Origin: Candidatus Saccharimonadota bacterium
GTDB lineage: Archaea > Micrarchaeota > Micrarchaeia > Micrarchaeales > Micrarchaeaceae
NCBI GenBank assembly: GCA_021654395.1
Contig: AP024486.1
Location: 540,001 to 572,000, forward strand
Length of the DNA: 32,000 nt
Direction of reading: 5' to 3'
Below, piece after piece: positions 16,063 through 22,508 of the stretch. The notes under the pieces were generated by a model. The model had not been told where the DNA came from. It did not search any database and saw only the letters and a list, made by a program, of their open reading frames with translations. Both the position numbers and the translations under genes were made by a program. Numbering within the stretch: position 1 is the first letter of the stretch; the number at the start of each line of letters is the position of its first letter.

Positions 16063-18081
16063 ATGAGAAGAAGCAGTAAAGCAAGAAGCACAAATAATAA
16101 GAATAAAGCATATAGCATTAAAGCAAGAGTTAGCAATAAGAATAAAAGGCAGCAAGCAGCACTAGATTTCTTAATAACTTATGGATGGGCATTAATAATA
16201 ATAGCAGCTATACTTGTTATCCTGCTCTATCTGCATGTATTTAACTCTACATCATTTGTATCTAATGTCTGTGAAAGCCAGAATAATATATACTGTAATA
16301 AGGCAATACTAAACACCTCTGGTAAGGTTCTGGTGCAGATAACATCCGATCATCAGAATCCAATAAATATAACAGCTATAGCATGCTCAAATAATCTAAA
16401 CAATTTAATATTCCAGAATGTAACCCCACAGGTTACATTAGAGCCGGGTCAGTCAGTAGAGCTAGCAGTTACTTGCTATGATAATGGCAATCCATTTATA
16501 GGTAAAACTGGATCTATATACTCGGGCTATGTTGTAGTCAAGTATTATGATATATTTACAGACTTCCCTGGTGTATCGAATCTTGCAGTCACTCTGCACT
16601 CTACTCCAGAATTAATATCAACAACATCTGTATCTACGACAATATCAACAACTTCTTTAACAACATCTACATCTTCTACCTCATCAACTTCAACAACATC
16701 AACAACTACAATACCAGTTCCATCTGGAGTATTATACTATGCAAATATAACAATATCAAATAATCAGAATCAGCCAACTACAAATCCATTTCAAGAGGAG
16801 ATAAATATAACTCCTTCTTCAGCGTTATGGAGCTATATAAATACGTCTAGCGCCCACTTTGGACAGAATGTAGAGTTTTTCTATCCGAATGGCACAGTAA
16901 TTCCATCATGGCTAGAAGGATCAAGCAGCTATCAAGCAAGCTTTGGATATAATTATTCAACTGGAGGCTACTCAGCAGCAAGCGCAACCTTACCATCTAA
17001 TAATTACTACATATGTGCTGGAGGCAGTAGTATTAGCGGATTAAGCTATGTCTCATGGAGTCCTATTGTAACTACTGGATCATCTTACGCCTCTCTAGGA
17101 ACACAAACTACACAGACATGCAGTGGCTCTACTAGATCTGGAGTTGTTGTTGTTGGAGGATACTCTACATCAATACCATATGTAAGTGATCAAGCAACAA
17201 CATTTAATAATGTTGATTCATTCTCATGGAGCTTTAATGTCCCATCAAATGCTAATTATGTAATTATACTAGGATCCTGTGGTTTGTACGTATGTACATC
17301 TGTAAATTATCCAGCTGACTGTACACCAGAGATGTTTAATGGCGGAGATGGCTACGAAACAATATTCGCAGCAGAATGTAAGCTTTCTCAGGGCACATAC
17401 ACAGTTACGGGAAGTCTAAATGGAGGAGGTTATGTAGCAATAGCAGCATTCTACTATAATGTGCCTGTATCTATAAAAGGTACATGGTGGGTAAAGATTA
17501 ACAAGATAAATGCAAGCTCTCAAGAGCAGATAAGAATAGGATTTGGTTCAAAAACAACAAACTTCTTTAATAACTATAATGTTGGTGAAGCACCTCAGCT
17601 AAGCCCGACTTATGCAGAGTATGATGATGGGGCAGATGTATTTAACTTCTATGATAATTTTAGTGATCCTTATATAAATAATAATCTCTGGTCTACTTTA
17701 TATGATAATGGAGCATTCTCAGATAATGATGGCTTAATTATATCTAATAATACTGGTTACCAGTATATATCATCTAAACAATCATTCAAGTATTCAGTTG
17801 TACATACCTTAGTAACTTATTATTATAATCCAAGCTCTAATGTACCATATATAGGAGGCGTGGTAGGATTTATATACCCATTCGATCTTTATCGTGCATA
17901 TATTGGCTCTACTGGATACTATACACTAGCAAATCCTACAGATTTTGAATATCCTATTATAATAGAATCTAATAATATGAATTCTTCTGCTGTTGTAAAG
18001 CTACAGTACATATTTGAAACTGCTTATCCTCCAAATGGAGTTATGCCTTCTTATAACTTTAGTGCTGTCAAAAAAGCCTAA
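16063..18081 (+). CDS. paralog C: class III (pilin-type) signal + four-Cys domain + Thr/Ser stalk + DUF2341-like module split by a ~180-aa insert + ConA-LamG-like module
   Basis: The leader is MRRSSKARSTNNKNKAYSIKARVSNKNKRQQAALDFLITYGWALIIIAAILVILLYL. Conserved Cys are at 70, 78, 108 and 138, and the stalk spans aa 186-217. YYANITISNNQ...FQEEINIT...GQNVEFFYPNGTVIPSWLE is followed by an insert (aa ~286-474), then WWVKINKINASSQEQIRIGFG...AEYDDGADVFNFYDNF...YPPNGVMPSYNFS. There are at least a dozen N-x-S/T sequons. Confidence 0.85.
   Translation: MRRSSKARSTNNKNKAYSIKARVSNKNKRQQAALDFLITYGWALIIIAAILVILLYLHVFNSTSFVSNVCESQNNIYCNKAILNTSGKVLVQITSDHQNPINITAIACSNNLNNLIFQNVTPQVTLEPGQSVELAVTCYDNGNPFIGKTGSIYSGYVVVKYYDIFTDFPGVSNLAVTLHSTPELISTTSVSTTISTTSLTTSTSSTSSTSTTSTTTIPVPSGVLYYANITISNNQNQPTTNPFQEEINITPSSALWSYINTSSAHFGQNVEFFYPNGTVIPSWLEGSSSYQASFGYNYSTGGYSAASATLPSNNYYICAGGSSISGLSYVSWSPIVTTGSSYASLGTQTTQTCSGSTRSGVVVVGGYSTSIPYVSDQATTFNNVDSFSWSFNVPSNANYVIILGSCGLYVCTSVNYPADCTPEMFNGGDGYETIFAAECKLSQGTYTVTGSLNGGGYVAIAAFYYNVPVSIKGTWWVKINKINASSQEQIRIGFGSKTTNFFNNYNVGEAPQLSPTYAEYDDGADVFNFYDNFSDPYINNNLWSTLYDNGAFSDNDGLIISNNTGYQYISSKQSFKYSVVHTLVTYYYNPSSNVPYIGGVVGFIYPFDLYRAYIGSTGYYTLANPTDFEYPIIIESNNMNSSAVVKLQYIFETAYPPNGVMPSYNFSAVKKA
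16618..16713 (+). repeat. Thr/Ser-rich stalk of paralog C (32 aa)
   Basis: Encodes STTSVSTTISTTSLTTSTSSTSSTSTTSTTTIP by ACx/TCx codon low complexity. Confidence 0.8.
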
Positions 18082-18118
18082 TTTTTAAAATTTTTTAATT
18101 TTAAATATCTTTCAATTA

Positions 18119-18190
18119 GGGCCTGTAGTCCAACGGTTAAGACGCTACCTTGACATGGTAGAGATCGGAGTTCGACTCTCCGCAGGCCCA
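18119..18190 (+). tRNA. tRNA-Val (anticodon GAC)
   Basis: Acceptor GGGCCTG/CAGGCCC and anticodon stem CTACC/GGTAG are both perfect. Loop is TT-GAC-AT, T-arm CGGAG-TTCGACT-CTCCG, discriminator A, no CCA. Confidence 0.9.
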
Positions 18191-18200
18191 TACTAAAAAA

Positions 18201-18219
18201 TATAAAAATTTATTAATAT
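18201..18219 (+). promoter_or_regulatory. putative BRE/TATA of paralog D
   Basis: TATAAAAATTTATTAATAT contains the same ATTTATTAATAT element at -32 to -21 from ATG 18240 as in paralog C. Confidence 0.4.
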
Positions 18220-18239
18220 TTACTTATAAATGATAATCG

Positions 18240-19487
18240 ATGAGAAGAAGCAGTAAAGCAAGAAGCATAAATAATAAGAATAAAGCATATAGCATTAAAG
18301 CAAGAGTTAGCAATAAGAATAAAAGGCAGCAAGCAGCACTAGATTTCTTAATAACTTATGGATGGGCATTAATAATAATAGCAGCTATACTTGTTATCCT
18401 GCTCTATCTGCATGTATTTAACTCTACATCATTTGTATCAAATTCATGTATAGCTCAGAGCAGCTTTCAATGCAACGAAGCATTGCTGAATACTTCGGGC
18501 AGAGCATTAGTAAGGATAACATCTAATGAGCAGTATCCAATAAATATAACAGCTATAGCATGCTCAAATAGTCAAAACAATCTAGTATTTCAGAATGTAA
18601 CCCCACAGGTTACATTAGCACCAGGTCAGTCAGTAGATCTAGAGGTTAACTGCTATTATAATAATAAGCTATATGCTCAGCCAACAGGCTCATTATACTC
18701 AGGATATGTTGTTATAAAGTATTATGATCTTAATAACGGATTTCCTAATAGCGCAGCTATATCTCTTACACTGCATACAGCAGCTGTTAGCATAACTACA
18801 ACAAGCTCTACTACATCTATACCAACTACATCTATATCTACATCAGCAACAACATCTTTATCTACAAGTATCTCAACAACCTCTATACAGACAACTACAT
18901 CTACTACATCAACAACGTCTTCATTATCTACATCCACATCATCTACATCTACAACATCTCCAACAACCTCTACATCTTCTTTATCCACTTCAACAACTTC
19001 ACCTAGCTCAACAACTTCAATTGCTTCTACTTCAACGACAATTTCTACTGCATCAACGACTTCTACCTCAACTTCAACTGTATCAACAACTTCAACCTCT
19101 ACATCATCCACAACTAGCACCTCAACGACAACTATTCCAGAGCCTGTCTTAAGCTTCGGGTCTAATCCATTTCCGTATGGCAGTACAGAGACCTTTGGCT
19201 TAATATCTGCAGGCAACTTTTTAGTACCTGGATTTAATCAAATTATATTTAATGAATATTATAATCCGCCGCCACCAGCCCATATATATCTAATAGAAAA
19301 CATGTCTACTACTATGCTTGGTAATGGCAACAGTACATCAGTATTTCATGTAGGCAATGCAGAAAACTTCTTCATAAATCTAACCGCTAGAAATAATCTC
19401 CCATATACTACACCAATGTTCGTATATAATGGCGTTGGTGTTAGTGCACTAACGTTCAGTATCTTGGAGAGCAAGGATCTGCTATAA
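18240..19487 (+). CDS. paralog D (5' reading frame): class III signal + four-Cys domain + very long Thr/Ser stalk + start of a Cys-containing module; apparently interrupted by a frameshift
   Basis: The first 68 aa are identical to C except T10I. The four Cys are conserved and the stalk spans aa ~185-300. The frame ends in VSALTFSILESKDLL* while the homologous sequence continues in another frame (see 19445-19846). Confidence 0.75.
   Translation: MRRSSKARSINNKNKAYSIKARVSNKNKRQQAALDFLITYGWALIIIAAILVILLYLHVFNSTSFVSNSCIAQSSFQCNEALLNTSGRALVRITSNEQYPINITAIACSNSQNNLVFQNVTPQVTLAPGQSVDLEVNCYYNNKLYAQPTGSLYSGYVVIKYYDLNNGFPNSAAISLTLHTAAVSITTTSSTTSIPTTSISTSATTSLSTSISTTSIQTTTSTTSTTSSLSTSTSSTSTTSPTTSTSSLSTSTTSPSSTTSIASTSTTISTASTTSTSTSTVSTTSTSTSSTTSTSTTTIPEPVLSFGSNPFPYGSTETFGLISAGNFLVPGFNQIIFNEYYNPPPPAHIYLIENMSTTMLGNGNSTSVFHVGNAENFFINLTARNNLPYTTPMFVYNGVGVSALTFSILESKDLL
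18792..19139 (+). repeat. Thr/Ser-rich stalk of paralog D (~116 aa), imperfect codon-level repeats
   Basis: Encodes ITTTSSTTSIPTTSISTSATTSLSTSISTTSIQTTTSTTSTTSSLSTSTSSTSTTSPTTSTSSLSTSTTSPSSTTSIASTSTTISTASTTSTSTSTVSTTSTSTSSTTSTSTTTIP. The antisense ORF 18722-19216 is a shadow of this region. Confidence 0.85.
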
Positions 19488-19846
19488 ATAGCGATAATCA
19501 TGGAATAGTATCATTTACTACAGCAGCTAATACACATTACGTACTTATATTAGTAGCATGTGTTGGATATTCAGGAGTAAATAACGATATCGGTGCATGT
19601 GGTGGAGAGGTTTCTCAGAGTCTAGGCACTTCAAGTTCATTGGTTACGTTCTCAACTGCAAATCTAAACTCAACAACCTCTAACGGATGTCAGATTTATG
19701 GAGATACTGATAGTGGAATAGGGCCTAACGCTATATTTATGGTACTTTGTCCAGCTTCTCCATCTACAACGTATTACTTCGAAGCTGGAAATCCTGCATC
19801 TTCAGGAGGCGTAACAGAGTCTGTAATATTCGCTTACTTTACTTAA
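19445..19846 (+). pseudogene. out-of-frame continuation of paralog D (C-terminal module), implies a frameshift near 19445-19455
   Basis: The frame of track ORF 19640-19846 stays open back to 19445. It reads CTNVQYLGEQGSAINSDNHGIVSFTTAANTHYVLILVACVGYSGVNNDIGACGGEV...TTYYFEAGNPASSGGVTESVIFAYFT*. This resembles the insert of C (FSWSFNVPSNANYVIILGSCGLYVC...GTYTVTGSLNGGGYVAIAAFYY). The track's TTG start at 19640 is unlikely to be a real independent start. Confidence 0.55.
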
Positions 19847-19880
19847 TCTATTTAATATTTACTTTTTATATAATATACTT

Positions 19881-21074
19881 ATGAATAAAAATGGCTTGCT
19901 TATATATACTTCTATAGCTCACTTTATAAATGATGGTCTATTTCTAATATTTCCTATCTTAATAGTATATTATAATGCAGATAAGCTAGTAAGCTTAGTT
20001 ATACTAAGCTCAATGGCTATAGTATACCAGATAGTCTCTGGTATAGCTTCTCCTATTATATTGAAAAGATTAATGAGATTTAGCTTAGGCAAGCTTCTAT
20101 CTTTAGGGATAATGCTTCAAGGCCTATCTCTATTTCTATTTGCTTATGCTTTTATCTTATCTCAAAGTTATATAGTATATGTTATATTGGCTGCTATTAT
20201 AATATTGGGAATAGGTCAGGCCTTCTATCATCCTATAAGTGCAACTTTATTATCAAGAGATAGAAATAGCTCTACAGAGTTAGGTATAAATGGCAGCATT
20301 GGAAGTATAGGAAGGGCCATTATGCCTTCTATAATAACATATGCTTTAATAGTAGCGGGTAGCTTTAATGGTTTGACCTATATAGGAATAGCAGTAATAC
20401 TTGCTTCTATAATACTCTATTACAAGATAAAGCCATATAGTAGCGAATCTATTAGCAAGCAGAAACGCTCTAAGTATAAGATATCTAGTAGGCTTTATAG
20501 AAGATATAAGATCTTTATATTAATTTTAGGCATAATAGTGTTCTTGAGAAGTGCTATAGTTTATGGAGTTACAACATTTACAGGAGAGATCATATATAAA
20601 ATATATGAATCAAAGAGTTTTGCTGGTATCTTTCTTTCTATAGGATTTATCGGTGCTATATTTGGGCAGCAGGTCCTCGGTAAATTAACTGATAAGAAAG
20701 GAGGCAGATTCACTTTTATAATGACAACGGTATTAACATTTGCGTTAATTCTTTTATTTATGCTCTTAGTTAATATGCTATATCTTTCAATGCTTATCTA
20801 TCTGCTCTTTACATTCTTTGCATTCAGTGGATTTCCTGTGTTCTTAGGATATATAAACAGAGAGCTGCCATATAAGCTTCGTCTTATAGCAAACTCTTAT
20901 ATATGGGGTTTGGGAGTATCTTTAGGAAATGCCGCTGGAGACTCTATTATGACATTACTATTATACTATGGCTTCAATATATTTAGCTCAATATACATCT
21001 TACTAGCAGTAGCCTCATCTTCTTTAATACTTTTGCCATATCTCAGCAGATTTAATGACTCTAAACATGTTTAG
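19881..21074 (+). CDS. MFS-type transporter
   Basis: 397 aa, with ~12 hydrophobic segments. LGKLTDKKGGRFTF resembles the MFS loop motif GxLxDrxGrr. Substrate unknown. Confidence 0.75.
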   Translation: MNKNGLLIYTSIAHFINDGLFLIFPILIVYYNADKLVSLVILSSMAIVYQIVSGIASPIILKRLMRFSLGKLLSLGIMLQGLSLFLFAYAFILSQSYIVYVILAAIIILGIGQAFYHPISATLLSRDRNSSTELGINGSIGSIGRAIMPSIITYALIVAGSFNGLTYIGIAVILASIILYYKIKPYSSESISKQKRSKYKISSRLYRRYKIFILILGIIVFLRSAIVYGVTTFTGEIIYKIYESKSFAGIFLSIGFIGAIFGQQVLGKLTDKKGGRFTFIMTTVLTFALILLFMLLVNMLYLSMLIYLLFTFFAFSGFPVFLGYINRELPYKLRLIANSYIWGLGVSLGNAAGDSIMTLLLYYGFNIFSSIYILLAVASSSLILLPYLSRFNDSKHV

Positions 21075-22440
21075 ATGGGTCTAGTATCTCATCTAGCTTC
21101 TTCTCATCCATTATATGCTCTTCTAGGCATACTTGCTTAACGCTCTTATTCTCCAAGTAGGCCTTTCTAGCAATCTCTGCAGCTTTGGCATAGCCTATAT
21201 AAGGAGATAAAGCAGTTGCTATTGATAGATCTTCATCTAGATGCTTCTTTATATTAACGAGATTTGGCTTCATTCCTTCTATAAGCTTATCCTTAAATGT
21301 TAGAGCAGCATTCTTTAGTATCTCTATACCAAATAGTAAGTTAAAGGATACAATTGGCATAAAGACATCAAGCTGCAGCTGGGCATTATTTGCTGCATAA
21401 TGTACAGTACTTCTAATTCCAAATATCTGATAGCATACCATATTAAGCATCTCAGCTATACTTGGATTTACCTTACCTGGCATTATAGATGATCCTGGCT
21501 GAACCTCTGGTATAATAAGCTCCGCTATTCCGCCTCTTGGGCCAGAGTTAAGCAATCTTATGTCATTTGCTATCTTATTTAAAGATGTAGCTATAACATC
21601 TAATGCATCGGCCATATCTAAGTCTTCTAGTAGATTTGACATCTGTGCGAATATAAACTCTGCCTCTTTAAATCTAGCTCCTGTAAGATCATTTATATGC
21701 TTAATAAAGTTCTTCTTATAGTCTTTAGATGTATTTATGCCTGTGCCTACAGCAGTTCCACCTATTGGTATATAAAGTAGATGCTCTCTAGAATAAGATA
21801 ATCTATCTAATGCATATCTTAACGAGCCTTCAAATCCAGATAGCTCTTGTGATAGCCTTAATGGCACTGCATCTTGAAGATGAGTCCTACCAAGCTTTAT
21901 TATATCTTTGAACTCCTCTTCTTTCTTCCTTATAGACTCTATTAAAGCTTCTAAAGCCTTAGCTAGTGCTTCTGATTCCATATATGCAGCTATATGTATT
22001 GCTGTATGATAAGTATCATTCGTAGATTGAGACATATTAACATGATCATTCGGATGTATATAAGAGTAATCTCCTTTGCTCTTGTTTGCTAGCTCTAATG
22101 CAATATTTGCGATAACCTCATTAAGATTCATATTTGTATTAGTTCCAGCACCAGCTTGAAATATATCTAGATTGAACTGATCTTCGTATCTGCCTTTTAG
22201 TATAAGACCTATCGCTTTTATTATATAATTAAATCTTTCATCATCTAATCTGCCAGCATCATGATTCGCCATCGCTGCGGCCTTCTTCAATAATGCATAA
22301 TAGTAAATAAATCTTTTACTAACTTTTATATTAGATATCTTAAAGTTATCTAATGCCCTTTGAGTCTCAGATCCGTAATATGCATCCTTTGGCACTTTAA
22401 CAGCTCCTAACGCATCATTCTCTATTCTATAATTATCCAT
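21061..22440 (-). CDS. fumarase/aspartase-family lyase (class II fumarate hydratase or aspartate ammonia-lyase)
   Basis: Signature GSSIMPGKVNP, with GRTHLQDAVPL, GGTAVGTG, SQSTND and IGYAKAAEIARKA. The N-terminal half looks AspA-like (DAYYG, AGAGTNTNMN) and the C-terminal half FumC-like. Convergent 14-nt overlap with the MFS gene. Confidence 0.85.
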   Translation of the reverse strand: MDNYRIENDALGAVKVPKDAYYGSETQRALDNFKISNIKVSKRFIYYYALLKKAAAMANHDAGRLDDERFNYIIKAIGLILKGRYEDQFNLDIFQAGAGTNTNMNLNEVIANIALELANKSKGDYSYIHPNDHVNMSQSTNDTYHTAIHIAAYMESEALAKALEALIESIRKKEEEFKDIIKLGRTHLQDAVPLRLSQELSGFEGSLRYALDRLSYSREHLLYIPIGGTAVGTGINTSKDYKKNFIKHINDLTGARFKEAEFIFAQMSNLLEDLDMADALDVIATSLNKIANDIRLLNSGPRGGIAELIIPEVQPGSSIMPGKVNPSIAEMLNMVCYQIFGIRSTVHYAANNAQLQLDVFMPIVSFNLLFGIEILKNAALTFKDKLIEGMKPNLVNIKKHLDEDLSIATALSPYIGYAKAAEIARKAYLENKSVKQVCLEEHIMDEKKLDEILDPSKHV

Positions 22441-22508
22441 AATCTTAAGATTCTATTTTAAATTATTAAATATTTATGTGTTTAAATAGAGCCTATTAGT
22501 ATGATTAT

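Larger units (their letters stand above)
15948..16266 (+). repeat. direct repeat copy 1 (tRNA-Val + promoter + first ~68 codons), partner 18119-18443
   Basis: 16063-16262 versus 18240-18439 is 200 nt with a single mismatch (16091 C / 18268 T). The tRNAs differ at 3 positions and the spacers differ by a 6-nt indel and a few substitutions. Confidence 0.9.
18119..18443 (+). repeat. direct repeat copy 2 (tRNA-Val + promoter + first ~68 codons), partner 15948-16266
   Basis: See copy 1. The offset between copies is 2171 nt at the tRNA and 2177 nt in the CDS. Confidence 0.9.

Noticed and set aside
16046-16070. C/D-box sRNA-like string (aaATGATAAtcgATGAGAag) at the start of paralog C
   Set aside because: No D/D' box (CTGA) lies at suitable spacing and there is no terminal stem. 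The sequence is explained by the promoter-to-start-codon region.
18792-19139. Possible CRISPR array or satellite in the repetitive 350-bp stretch
   Set aside because: It has no fixed-length repeat/spacer periodicity. The repetition is at codon level, in frame, inside an ORF, with shorter counterparts in paralogs A and C.
18722-19216. 164-aa minus-strand ORF rich in V/E/D (VVEVLVVDDVEVEV...)
   Set aside because: It is the antisense shadow of the Thr/Ser stalk of paralog D. The low-complexity ACx/TCx codons read backwards give GTx/GAx codons, and the sense-strand gene has clear paralogs.
19640-19846. 68-aa ORF with TTG start as an independent small gene
   Set aside because: The frame is open 195 nt further upstream (to 19445). 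The whole stretch is homologous to the insert of paralog C, so it is better explained as the displaced C-terminus of D.
14801-19849. Integrated mobile element or genomic island targeting tRNA-Val
   Set aside because: There is no integrase, transposase, or phage or plasmid gene anywhere in the window. Base composition looks the same as the flanks. The repeated tRNA sequences are whole genes, not partial att-type 3' fragments.
14801-19849. Diversity-generating retroelement or invertase-driven shufflon behind the variable modules
   Set aside because: No reverse transcriptase, template repeat or site-specific recombinase gene is present, and no short inverted crossover sites were seen. Homologous recombination or gene conversion is a sufficient hypothesis.
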